Source: the human T2T-CHM13v2.0 reference genome, Homo sapiens. Taken from it: a DNA stretch of 64,000 nucleotides. The stretch lies in the NCBI RefSeq assembly GCF_009914755.1, contig NC_060929.1; one strand, given 5' to 3'. The number at the start of each line of letters is the position of its first letter. The stretch's first letter is position 1. Of this stretch, positions 1 through 13,234 are shown piece after piece. Position numbers and translations under genes: made by a program. Below the pieces are notes generated by a model that had not been told where the DNA came from, searched no databases, and worked only from the letters and a program-made list of their open reading frames with translations.

Positions 1-1608
1 GGCCAGGAAAATTAAGACTCTTAAGGTTGAGAAGAATGAGTAGGGATGTTATTGAAGTGTATCAAATTATGACAAATTTGGAAAAATAAATATGATTTTA
101 TTCATCAAAGTTTGGAACAAGAAATAGTGTTTGAAGTTTCTTTCTCTAATAAAAAAGAGATGTAACTTGTTTTCTCAGTAGGAAATAAACAGATTGAACC
201 CAGAATATATAACCAGGGGATTCAGAATGCTTTAAACCCAAAACAGCTCTCCTTGATCTCTACCATAATTTCTATTATTTCTCCCAGTCCTGCTGATTCT
301 TTCTCTCATTGGTTTCTCACATACTTCCGATTCCTAGGCTACCACCCTAGGAAGGTCGTTCCACTTCACACGTGAGTGCAGTAACCTCCACACTCTGTCT
401 TTGCCTCCAAAGGATTTGGTCCCTTGGTTGGTTTTTGCACACCTTCTCTGTTAATCTCCCAAACACCTCTTTCATCAAATAATGCCCTTGCTCAAAGACT
501 TCAAGTAAATTCTACTGCAGAGAGGAAGAATTAAACTGAACCCCTTAGCTTGGTGCTGAAGGCCCTTTATCACCACCAAACACCACCCTCCTTTCTAGCG
601 TTACTTCTCACAATCTGTTATAAAACCTTCTGCTCTCCACCCTCAAGGCTTGGCTCTTATCTTTCTCTTTGCCTTGTGGCCCCTCCTTGAGTTTTTATTT
701 ACTCAGAAGCTTCCTTTTATCCAGGTGTGATGCTGAGGGCTGGTCACAGGCATTGTCGCCATCAGCCAGGCCTGTTCGTATATCTGCTCTTACCTGATTG
801 TCTGACTTCCAGGGAGACATTTAATCTCAGTATTCCCTGCATGGGGATAATAGACCTTCTCCTGTGGACTCAGTGAGGTTTCATTGCTAGTGTGAGGTGC
901 CACTCAGTGATTTCTAGTTTCCTTTCTTTTTCAAGTCCCTGCTCAAGTTTGACTTTCTTCATGAGCCTTCATAGCTCTTGTTGGCTTCCTCTCCTCTTAA
1001 AACTCTGGCAAGTCATCTCTAAACGGACTCATTTGGCAAATAATCATATTTTGATTATAATTTTTTCCTTAGTAGATTTTAAGCTATTATGGGCAGAGAC
1101 TGTGCTTTACAAGTCACAGGAGTTGCCATAGTTTCTTGCCCTTAGATCTTTAATGAGTATTGTTTGTAGATTTTTTCCCTCATATGTTGTGGGTGATGGA
1201 TTCACAGAGACATTGTAGAGGATTTTCCAGAGCTGATGATGAGTGAATTACCAGGGTCTTCCCCAAATTATCCCTTAACACCACCTATATAATGACCGTG
1301 GGGTTGGCTGTTTAGGTAGGTAGGGCCACGTCTCTGTTCCCATAGCAGCTTATTCTGGTCTTAATCATGGTGTGCATCATGCTGATTGAATAGGTCAGTT
1401 TGTGGCCATTTTCCATGTGGGGCTGTGAGCTCCTTCGGGATAGCTCAGCACTGGACATTGTCAGTGACTTGCCCAGTTTTTGTTTGATGTGAAGTGCCCA
1501 AAGAATTAGAACCATTAGTAAACTTCACTTCATGCTAATGTTTAGGGATTTTTTTGTGGAGATGGGGCTTGTTTATAAAACCATTTTAAGTTTATAAACA
1601 GATTTGAG

Positions 1609-1658
1609 AGTATATATATATATATACATATATGTGTGTATATATATATATACATATA

Positions 1659-1691
<33 letters not shown>
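1609..1691. repeat. Compound (TA)n/(TG)n microsatellite adjoining an Alu tail
   Basis: Directly visible tatata...tgtgtg...tatata run. Confidence 0.95.
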
Positions 1692-1996
1692 TTTTTTTTT
1701 TTTTAAGACAGGGACTTGCTCTGCCACCCAGCTGGAATGCAGTGCCACAATCACAGCTCACTGTAGCCTTGACCTTCGAGGCTCAAGCGATCCTCCTACC
1801 TCACCCTATACTCCACCCCTCTCAGTAGCTGGGACTACAGGTGCATGCCACCAAGCCTGGCTAATTTTTTTTTTTAAATAAGGATGTGGTCTTGCTATGT
1901 TGCTGAGGCTAGTCGCAAACTCCTGGGCTCAAGTCATCCTCCTACCTCGGCTTCCCAAAGTATTAGGATTATGGGAGTGAGCCACCGCACCTGGCC
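1692..1996 (-). mobile_element. Alu, AluJ-like, antisense
   Basis: Poly-T, then gacagggacttgctctg...ctgtagccttgacc...ctcctgggctcaag...gagccaccgcacctggcc, with J-type diagnostic segments. Confidence 0.9.
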
Positions 1997-3473
1997 TTTC
2001 TTTTATTAATGCTGGTAGGCACACTCATTTAACTTAAATGAATACTCTGTTCCTGCCATTATGTGATTTAATTTGATTTAGAATATGCTTGTTGTGGGTT
2101 TGATGTTAGCAAAATGACATGAAGCCCTCAAAACAAAGTAAATATAGCACTTGTACTGTTTGAAATGAATAGTCATACCTGGATAATATGTTATTAGAAT
2201 AACTAGCCTTGCTCAGTGAACAGAGAAGTCATGCTAATGCCTTAAGGATTCCTTTCATCAGCAAACTAGTATTTCCATGGAAGTCCTCATCTGAGATTGT
2301 TCTCAGGGCAACCAGCAAGCATTACTCATCCTACATCTTTAATGCACTGAAGCTGGACCATTGCTTCTCTGTTCACGGCCTCAAAGCTCCAGGAAGAACT
2401 TAGCACACTGCCTCTGCCGGCCTTTCTGAGTAGTTTGAGGAACAGTGAGTACATCCTTTATAGATAACACGATGGAGTGGTCAGGTGAAATGGATGGCTC
2501 TTGTTGAAAAGTGGCTATTCTTAATCAATAAATTTGTTTTAATTTAACTTAGAGATATGTGAGAGAATCTTAGCGATATGTGAGTAGCAGAAAATGAGCT
2601 TGAGAAAAAACTGGTTGAGGGTACCGAAGTTATTTCTATGTGTGCACTTAATTGATTCTAGGAAGAAAATAGATTTTGGAGCCAAAAGGAATCATCTGGA
2701 ATAATTTTCCCCTCTGTTGTTTCAAAAATAAATTAGTAAGTCAACACCCCATTATTTATTTCTCTTTAACTCAATGATAAAGAAACTACTGCTTATCATC
2801 AGAACTAAGACTCATCCATTGTAAGGATTTTATTCATCCTGATTATTTACTGAGGCTTTTGTGGTAGAATAAGCAAAGCTTGCCTTCCAAGTGGAGCTGC
2901 AAAACACAGACAGCAAGGGTTAACTCTGTGGGCTGTTTCCCTTTCTAATAGGAGCACTTTAGCAATGCTAATCAGTTGTACTGATTTTGTTTTGATTTTT
3001 CCATAATAATTAAGTGAATGATCTGAAATGCAATCAAGTTTGGCACTAGGGGGTTCATGCAAATGACTCTTTATTTTTTTACATTTTAAATTTTGTTAAA
3101 CGGAATCATAAGGAAGTTATTTGAAGAGGAAGTCTGAGTGGGTGAGGGTAGCCAACACCCAATTTAGAGATTTGAATATATTCAAAATGTCTATCTTAAT
3201 GAAGCAAATCACCACTGCATTGCCTTTGTTTTCAATTGAAATAATACTATTTTTAAAAAATTGCATTTTGTTTTCATTTGCATTCCAAAGTGGAAAATTA
3301 TAAGACAGGATGACACAGCATAGAAGAGAGAAATGAGGAAGAATAAATTTACTGGACTTTCCTTCTTCAGAGTAGGCATAGTGGAAAAAGGGTACTCACT
3401 ATGTTTACTCACCAAAACCTATAGAAGAAAACAAAGAAGATAGGGAAAAAGTAAATGAATGCCCTATCTGCTG

Positions 3474-3798
<325 letters not shown>

Positions 3799-4734
3799 TA
3801 AATGTCCTATCAACTTCTGATTTTGATTGCATCTCAGTGCCTTTATTAAACAAGATAGAATGAAAGGACAATCCATGTTTCCTAATTTAGAGAAATGCTG
3901 TGTTTCTTAGTTCTCTACAGCTTATTGGCATATTTGTGAGATGTCTTCTCTCCTCATCGTCTATAACATCTGTGTTATTTTCTCAAACAGTTTTAACCAG
4001 CTTATGTGAATTTGCATGATCCTTGCCTCTTGATCAAACAATTCTTTTTGGTTTTTCAGACTATTCTAGAGCTCAGTTAATTTTCTAATTTTAATTAGGA
4101 AAACGTATTGGGACAAAGATACCAAGTAATACACACATACATCCACACATATACACACACACACATATTTTTCAATGTACTGATATTTTTTCTTTCAAAA
4201 ATGGTACCTGCGACTTTTCAATGCAGTTTGATATTTCTGTATACTGAACTTCCAAAGCAATGAGAAGGTGGCCAAATTCTGCTTTTTCTCTGTCATCTCC
4301 TCTTCACAGGGCAATGCATCAGATACAAAGCAAGAAGAGAAACCAGAAGATTAGTGTCAATATTTTTACATTAAAATAAAACTCACAACCTCTTTCTTGT
4401 TCTGGGACTTTGATTCATGGCTTGGGACAATTTCTAACTTTATAGACTAAACATTTCTAATTGGTAAATGGATGGTTTGAGTCTGAGATGACTCAGGAAA
4501 TAAACTTTCCAATTTGGGGTAATTGTTTATGAGTAGGTTACTGCTTACCAGCCTTCATGTCTTTGAGGAAAGAATGAAAGCTAAACACATTTCACACTTC
4601 GTTGAAGGGAAATACTTCTCACATAGATAAAGCAATGAGACAAGGAAATAATTGCCATGCTCATTTGTTACAGCCAAATATATTAAAGATTTTTTTGATG
4701 GATGAGGAAAACACTAGCTGTATATTACACGGCT

Positions 4735-4890
4735 TCAACTGTAAAACAGGGACAATAAAAACTACTACTTCTTAGTTAAGTTGCTGTAAGGATTACATAG
4801 ATAATTCACATAAATGGCTCAGTACTGTGTCTGGCACACAGTAATCGGTCAGGAAATGTTATCTGTTATTGTTTATTATTATCATCATCA
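4735..4890 (+). mobile_element. MIR fragment
   Basis: ctgtaaaacagggacaataa...gttgctgtaaggatt...gtgtctggcacacagtaa resembles the MIR core and 3' end. Confidence 0.7.
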
Positions 4891-5689
4891 TTTTTTATTC
4901 ATTCCCCTTAAATGAAATAGCTTCTTTATATAATGTTAAGCTTCAGATTTTACAACTTCATGATGCATGTGAGAAATGTCAATAATTTGAATTAATCTAT
5001 AAGTTAATTTTGGTTAACTATTTACGCTTTATCTATTGGAATTATTTAGTGACCATTGAAATATCCTTTTTAAGATTTTACAGCTTCTTTAATGGCTTAC
5101 ACAATATCTTTTAATTATACTACAAATTCATGATTTTTTCCTTATTCCAAGTCAAACATTTTCTTTTAGCCTTTGTTGAGTCAGCAATAGGTAACTTGTC
5201 ATAGTATACTTAAAGAATCTTGATTTTGAAGAATTTAATATTTCCTCATTTGATCTGTCCTGAATTTGAATGATAAACTATTTCCTAAAGTTGTTTGTTT
5301 TTTGCTGTTATTGTTGTTTATTTGTTTATTTTAAGATAAATTTGCCTTTTCAAGCCATAAAGTTATTATTCAATACATTTGGTTCCCAAATATTAAAAAC
5401 TTCTTGGCATGGAAAATGAGTATAACTTCTTAAAATGCCAGCTCCCACCCAGAAAATCACTGCTTTGCTCAAATAATCTGGCTCATTATTACTAGTTTCA
5501 CTAGTTTACCAACAGGCAGGTTGGCACTTATTTTGTTTGTAATTAAGAAATGGATCAGTGATTTCTAATTTTGTATCCATTTTTATAATGATTAGATGAC
5601 ATAGTATGACAATTAAACTTTTCCTTCTTACTAAATTCCAGAGGCTGCAGGAGTGCCTGTGATTCTCAGGTGCAAACCATTACAGGTGT

Positions 5690-6330
5690 TACACACCCGG
5701 GCCTGGCGCAGGTCCTAGCATATCGTATGTGTTCAATAAATGCTTGTAGGTGGCTTTGCTTGATGATATCAGAGGAACCTTCAACTTGACCTATCTAAAC
5801 TGAACTGAAAGCTTCCCCTCCCCAGAGGAGGGCTTCTATGAGTCCCATATCAGCGAGGGGCTAACAATCCCCACAAGGGGCTAAACCAGAAGCTCCTCCC
5901 CTCCCTTAATCCATGTTCAATAGACAAGTCCTGTCGATTCCGCATCCTAAAAATCTCCCAGAGCCACTCCACTTCCTGCAACCCCATTGCTGCTGCCTTG
6001 ATCTGCTCACAGTCATGTCTTACCTGGCCTCCCTCCAAGAGCCTCCCCTTGCAGCTAGAGTCATTCTTCTAATGCCACTCTGCACCATTTACTAGCTCCA
6101 TGTTATCCTTGGATGAAGTTCCCTACTGCACAATGGCTTATGAAACCCATTGCGACTCACCCTCTGTCTCTTTCTCCAGCTGTCCCCTTTTTCTTGCCAT
6201 GAATTAACTTGAACTCCCTAAATGCACCTGGCCCTCCCTTACATGTGGATCCCTCTGCCTGGAACATTCACCCTCTTCAATCTCCTTTGCCAGCCTATCT
6301 ATTTTCCAAGCTTTTAAATGTTACTTTACA
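5690..6330 (+). mobile_element. L2 fragments
   Basis: ttcaataaatgcttg L2 terminus, then pyrimidine-rich L2 3' region (ccctctgcctggaac). Confidence 0.55.
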
Positions 6331-7072
6331 GTCTTTAGGTTCATTTTCTCTAACATCGACCTGCAAACAGCTTTACATTTTTTTCTATGTATAATCTAGT
6401 TTTTAGAAACCCCTGTGAGATGTTTGGTTTCATTTCTGTTCAGCAGATGGAGAAATTGAAGCACTATGTTTAAGAAACTTATGTCATGATTACTAAGTTA
6501 TAAGTATCTTAACAGGCAGAGATAGGGACTGGTTCTGTGTTTTATATCCAGTCTTTGAATGATGACTAGGATGGAGCAGGCATTCAGTGCATTGAGTGAC
6601 TTATCAAATGAATCTCAGATTGAGCCTGAGGTACCTCTCTCTTGATTCGATGGAGCTTCTGTTTCATCATTTATTTTCTAGAACAAATGAGGCCAGCTAC
6701 CTCTGTGTGCCCTCCTCTTCTAGAAGGGAAATATGCCAGGTGAGAGAATGTGGAGGCTTGTGTTGCTCTGAATTGTTCTGGTAGATTTCTTTAATATTGG
6801 CTGGCATAAATGAGAAGGGCTTTTGTTCTTGTGGCAATTGATGATGATTTGCATATTTTAGTAATTTACAAAATAGTAGCCACCTTGCACAACATAAGAA
6901 ACACCCCTCTCTCCTGGACCATGGAATTTGGTGACCTGGCTATTGAAATACATGGCTTGTTATGCACATTTCAGCCCCACTGACAACTGGTACCTGGTGG
7001 TTGCTGTACTGAAAAGAATTCTGTGTGAGTCATTTCAATGCATTTCTAATTGGGATTTTTTCTTTCTTGTAG

Positions 7073-7207
<135 letters not shown>

Positions 7208-9015
7208 TAATGGTTTTGAAAGGAGCCTGACAAAGAATTGCTGAGAAGTTCCCTTATATACTGTAATTATCAGTCAGATGTATAAAATTAGAATTTGTGA
7301 AGAGATTGTGAAATTACTTTTATGTAAAAATCATTAGTCATAGCTAGCAAATTAGGTGGTGTTAGTCACCTTGGTCTTATAGCATATATATTATGTGAAA
7401 AAAGTCTTGATATATCTAATTCTAATGCAGGTGCAATTGTAAGATTCAGGGAAGACATTAATAGCACAATTAAAAGATCTTCCTAATGTCTTGTCTCTGA
7501 TTTGAATTTGCATTAATTTTGGGGAGCTGGACTTATGCATGGGAACCCATGAGTGAGAAGTGGAAAGCAGCATGAGATAATATACTAAAGTATTGAAATA
7601 TATGGGATTTAAAAGAATTTTGCTGTAGATGGCTTGAAAACGGAGACCTAAATTTGGTGTAAACTGGCAAGGCTGCATAGAGGTAGTGTCCCCTGAGATG
7701 CTCTTGAAGAACTGAATAAGATGAGTGGGTTGCAATGATTGGAAGGGGATCTTGGAAGGGGAGTCAGTTTGGCAGTTTGAAATCAGTGCCATGTGGACCA
7801 CCGAGAACTGTGCACAACCAGAGCAGAGTTAGTACCGTATTGGAGGAGGGTGTGGTTATGTGAAGGCAGATGATGTAATGTCTAGATATGAGCAATTTGC
7901 AGTAGAAAGTACAAAACAGTAGATCATCCTCTGGGACTTTATAGTCCCTTTTGGAACACAAAAATAGTGCAAACCCATCCAGCGATATTGCAGTACAATC
8001 AAGTCCAGTTGGCTCTGCTCTAATGTGCTACTTGAATTTCCCAGAAATTATCTTATCCAAAAACTGTAAATGCAAGTGTTTTAAACAAAGAGAAGATGTT
8101 AAGTACTGGAGGGTAATATGTATTTTTAATAGCTGTAAGTACAATTATATCAAACTCTTGATCTTCAGCACCATGATTAGCAAACCACAGAGCACACATT
8201 CTAATCACCTTTGTTCCCCACTGTTAGGATGCATAAAGCCCAGAGCCTCTCAAGCACAGCAGTGGTATTATTCTGGGGACATGCTGGTTTCTCACTCAGT
8301 ATTATTTTTGGTAAGGGCTTATCCCTACCTCCATTGGTAGTGTTACAAGCAGGGTAATTAAAACATAATTACCTGATTAGTCAATGGAGTTATATATTAT
8401 TATGAAACTTTAAGCTGCAGAGAGAATATATGTATATAATAAAGTTCTATATATTTGTGGTATTAACTACATTATACAGAATTTAAGCAGAAGGACTTCC
8501 TATTAGTGCTCTTTATAATATTTACAGCACCTCCCATAAGGCATTTCATCAATAAAATATATAATAAATACTTATTAAAGTCATGAATCATTGGCTACAT
8601 CAATGGGTACAGGTCAAATTTAGTAAAGGAAGAGACCATTGGTAGTTGAACTTCTTGGAGGGATGATAGATTTGGGATGGGAGGAAAAGTCAAGTTTGTG
8701 AGATGTTGTGAAATAAGAATCAACAGATCTTGATAATACATTGACTGAGGAAGTGAAGGAGGCAGAGAAGACGAGGATTTAGAACTTGCTGTGTGAAGTA
8801 ATCCAGATGACATTGCGCATATGGAAAAATAAAAGAAAGAGATTTGATTTGAAAGGGAAGGGGTTAGTGTGGGTTTGCCATGTTGTGTTTATAAAATCAG
8901 TTTAAAATATGGGCCTGGAAGTATTTGGGAATATAGATTTGGGAATATCCAGCATGATGAGATGTGAGATGTGAACAGAGGAACTCTCTGAGGGAAAGAC
9001 TATAAGAGAAAAAAA

Positions 9016-9320
9016 GGTTGGGTGCGGTGGCTCAAGCCTGTAATCCCAGCACATTGGGAGGCCAAGGCAGATAGATCACTTGAGGCCAGGATTTTGAGAC
9101 CAGCCTGGCCAACATGGCAAAGCCCCATCTTTACTAAAAATACAAAAAGCCAAGTGTGGTGGTGCATGCCTGTAATCCAGCTACTTGGGGGGCTGAGGCA
9201 CAAGAATCACTTGAACTCAGGAGGTGGAGGCTGTAGTGAGCTGAGATCATGCCACTGCACTCCAGCCTGGGTGACAGAGCGGACCCTGCCTCAAAAAAAA
9301 TAAAAATAAAAATAAAAAAA
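9016..9320 (+). mobile_element. Alu (S/J-like), sense
   Basis: ggttgggtgcggtggctcaagcctgtaatcccagc...ccactgcactccagcctgggtgacagagc plus A-rich tail. Confidence 0.93.
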
Positions 9321-10084
9321 GAGAGAGAGAGAAAACCATTTCAAGGCTTCAAATAATCCGGCACCCACTTATAAATACACATTTTGTCCTGCTTCCCTGG
9401 TCAGCAGTTGACCAGAGCTGCCAATGCATAAGTGCATTGTCTGGCTCACCACTGATAATTCCCACTGTCTAAAACACTGCCTTGCATGTGGCATGTGTTT
9501 AATAAATTGTTGAATGAGTGAGTTCATCTTCTGATAGGAAACGAAATGACTAAATATGTACATCAATGTGGGAGGGGCATGGAGAGTGAGAAAGACAGAT
9601 AGACAAGGGGCACATTAATCTCTAAACCTAATAGAACCCAACAACTGTGCAAGTGATTAGTGCAAACTCTAAAATGCTCATGAAGGGGGAGGGAAATTGA
9701 ATGTGAACAAATAGGAAAATGATGAAAAAAACTTCCAGTTTTTTTAAATGTACTGCCAGGAAGAAGAGTTGACAGCTATAATCTTCTTACTGATAAATTT
9801 TCTGTTGTAAGGCTAGATAATGATTTCTAGAAGAAAGGTAAAAGAAAGTAGAATTGTTTTGATAAGAATGGGGACCAGTATAGAAGATAAATTAAAATGA
9901 TCAAATAAAGGCACAGGTGACAGGTTCGTCTAGTATTTTCAAAAATGTAAATGGGCTTGAACTGAAATGGGGAGAGGAAGATGAGCTCCAAGGGCATAAT
10001 TCTGGTAGTAGGGCTCATTTTAAGCTCTTCTTATGCTCAAAACCACCTGTACCCAATGGCTCAGAACCATGCAATCACCTGGAG

Positions 10085-10236
10085 GTTACTTCTCAGACTG
10101 TGGTTTGCAGAGCTGAGGCATGAACTTGTTAGAAATACAGACTCTCAGGTCCCACCCCAGACCTACTAAATCAAAATCTGCATTTTAACAAGATCCCAGG
10201 GAGGTTTGTCTGCATATTCAAGTTTGAGAAGCACTA
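10085..10236. mobile_element. MER5A-like hAT-Charlie DNA transposon fossil
   Basis: cttgttagaaatacagactctcaggtcccaccccagacctactaaatcaaaatctgcattttaacaagatccc...agtttgagaagcact. Confidence 0.8.
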
Positions 10237-11775
10237 AACAAAAATACTTCCATCAATGGCTTCTAGCTGCATCCCAATTGATATCTGAATATTTATTTTG
10301 AAATAGAGATGTGCCTTGTTTTAATGCAGCGATTGTGATTCTAAGAAATTGTACATAAAATGAAATTAAAGAAAATGAAATCATTTAAAATACTCAAGGG
10401 GTGTTTATGATTAAAGGAACTCTGTACAGTGTCTTTTTGGAAAATGAATAACTCTAGAAATTATCTATTCCTTCTCCTAACCTTCTTTCTGTATTCTATG
10501 AATTTGAGCTTTTCCATTCAGTGGGGTTTCTTCTAAAGAAGGCACAAGTGAAGAGAAACCACACTTTGACCAAACCTTCAATTACTAACACAGAAGGGAG
10601 AGTAATTGAATCAGCAGTCCTGAAGCAAGCAGAGATAAGAAATGAAGATTATTACCATATCTGATTAAAGTAACAAGATAATTTAGGCAGGTAAAATGTA
10701 ATTAACCACTTTGGAACGTGCCCAAGTGATAATGTCTTCCTCCCCTTATTCTCCATCTCCTCCCCCACTCCCTGGTTCTTTGACCTTAAATTAAATCTTG
10801 CTGGGGTTTCTCCCCAGATAATACTTAATAGATTAAAATCACGGCAATGATATATTTTCAGTATGTTTGAGAAGATTAAACAAACAAACAGGAAATAAAG
10901 AGTTTTGCCTCTGAATGCTGAAAGTTGTGCAGAATTGGGATCAGTTTTTTAAAATTCCAGTTTCCCACTCCTTGTCTGTTTTAGAAGCTTTAAATGTTCT
11001 ATAGTGATGTTTGAGAGAGGATGGGGCAGGACAGTGTCTGAGGGTCTTGGTGTTACTGCTGACGCTATATGGAAGCTCAGTGTTGCTCATTGTCAATGAA
11101 AGTAGGATTGGACCAGATAATAGAAGTGGTGCCCTCACACTCTGTGACTTCAGGAGCAGCTGCTGGTGAATGTGGAGGTATGGAGTGTTAGCAGAGGAAC
11201 TAATTAAGTTCCATCAGCAGCCTAAGCACTGGCCATAGTGGCCGTGATAAAGACCAGAGGAGGCAGGCCCATTCTTGAAGACACTTTTCTTCATGATTCA
11301 AACACATCGCTTCCAGAAAATGGACCCCTTGAAGAATGACAACTTAATTGCCTAATGATTGGTGGGTATTGAGCAAAATAGGTGTAGTCACTTACAAAGT
11401 ATTTGGCAGTCATAATTTGAAGACTATGTACTAACATGGGAAAATGCTTATGATATACTCAAGTTAAAAAAGAATGTTTTAGAAATATGTGCATGGCATG
11501 ATTATTATAACCTAAGAATTTAGAAATACCCTCAACCAAAAACTAAAACCTCCTGGAAACTGTAAAGAAGCACAACAACATGCTGTTGGTGGTTATGTGA
11601 GAGCTATGGAGTTCTGTCTCTTGCTCTGTTTTTTAAAAATGTGTTTTCCAAATTCCATAGTGTGATTATAATACCTTTACAAATGAAAAAAAGGAAAAAC
11701 TGTATAGAAAGAAAAATAATGTGTAAGAAACAACAGAAAAGAAATTCATGTTGAAAAGGCTTAGTACCTTTCTCC

Positions 11776-11869
11776 TATAAGCTTAAGTGGACGCTTCAGT
11801 TTCTGACCGATGATAATTAGGCAGGTAATTATCATTGGTCAGAAACTGAAGCGTCCACTTAAGTTTATA
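11776..11869. repeat. Near-perfect inverted repeat (44-bp arms, 6-nt spacer)
   Basis: 11776-11819 is the reverse complement of 11826-11869 except for two G:T pairs (11781:11864 and 11809:11836). Confidence 0.97.
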
Positions 11870-11872
11870 CAG

Positions 11873-11960
11873 TAATTTAACTATAGTTAAATTAGTTGAA
11901 CTGTAGTTTAACATAGTTAAATTAGTTGTACTATAGTTTAATATAGTTCAAAATAATTTA
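11873..11960. repeat. 30-bp AT-rich tandem repeat (~2.5 copies) opened by a perfect 22-bp palindrome
   Basis: Units at 11881-11910, 11911-11940 and a partial one from 11941; taatttaactatagttaaatta (11873-11894) is self-complementary. Confidence 0.9.
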
Positions 11961-12782
11961 TATGCAGTCAGTTCTGTACTGGGTTTGAGTGTCAAAATAA
12001 TTTTAATGAGTAAAGCCAAGATTGAGGAGAAATACTCAAAACATAATGAATTTTATACTCCTATTTCCCCCAAGCTATATATATTTCTCCATGGAAAGCT
12101 ATATTGTATTACTTTCAGCATTTAAATATTGGTCTCTCATTAGGTTGAGAGCTCCTTGAGGGCAGGAATTGCATAGAAGTTGCTCAATAAATGTTTGTTG
12201 AATTGAAATCCTAAATACTTTGATTGTCCTTTTAATAAAAGAGCTATTGGTGAGCAGCAAGTGACAAGAAGAGGAAATTTATGTACTCCAACATTCCCTC
12301 TCATTTAAAAACTCTTTTTGGTTCCTAGAAACCAGTGAAAACATTTTACTTGTTTGCTTATGGAATTGGTTCTTCCATCCACATCAAATAGAACTGGCCA
12401 GGATGCATTTACTGATGATAACATTTTGCACTCCAAGGCACACGGACTTGAATATCATAACATGGCCTTTGAAATTTTCTGGAAACTCTGTATCAGGTCT
12501 AGTTCCAACAAATGAATTTAGTTCAGCTAAATTAGTACTGTAGAGACTGGTTGAATAAGTTTTTTCTCCCAACTGGCATTAATTTAGAGTGGCTTCTTTT
12601 TTGTTCTTATAGCATATGTGGTAAGTTGCTCTATTTTGCTCATAGGTGATGTAGGACTGTACCTGTACACCAGTTGTATACACAGAGGACGTTCATTCAC
12701 TTTGTTCTCCACTAGAAATGGAACAGAGATATAATGCTGTAGGCCTTAAGATTCAGCTATTTACAAGCAGCTGGATAGAAAG

Positions 12783-13234
12783 TGTCAACTTTAAACAATG
12801 AGAGTCAGAAAATATGATTAAGTATTGAGTTTATTCGGGCGCAAAATTTGAGGACGGCCATACAGAAAACAGACTTCAAAGGAATGGGCTCAGTGTTCCC
12901 AAGTGGGGAAGTTAAAGTTTCACCTATATAGGCAGAAACAGAGAAGTTTAGTAAGGTTCGACATTTTCCATAGAAAGCCAGTACATATGTTACAGTGATT
13001 TGATTGATTACAGTTTGCTACATTTCAAGGAAGATTGCTTCAACATTTCATGAGGAAGGGTAATGATCTGAGGGGGTCTTATCTCTGATGCCATTTGGTT
13101 ATTTCTAATCATTTATAGGAAAAAGAAGTTGCAGCTGCCTGCTGCATGACTCAGGCCACATAGTTATATTCCTCTCAAGGCTCAAAATAATTTAAAGTTC
13201 CAATAGCTTTAAATTTGAATTATTTAATTTCACA
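12783..13234 (-). mobile_element. Solo LTR, ERV1 class (MER4 group, LTR54/LTR56-like)
   Basis: Minus strand reads TGTGAAATTAAATAATTCAAA...GTTGACA (TG...CA termini, 452 bp), with TATA-like cctatatagg near 12925 and AATAAA near 12830 in LTR order. Subfamily is from memory. Confidence 0.8.

Noticed and set aside
7391-8340. 136-aa (-) and 129-aa (+) ORFs
   Set aside because: Non-ATG starts, no recognisable domain, and lengths reachable by chance over 64 kb in six frames.
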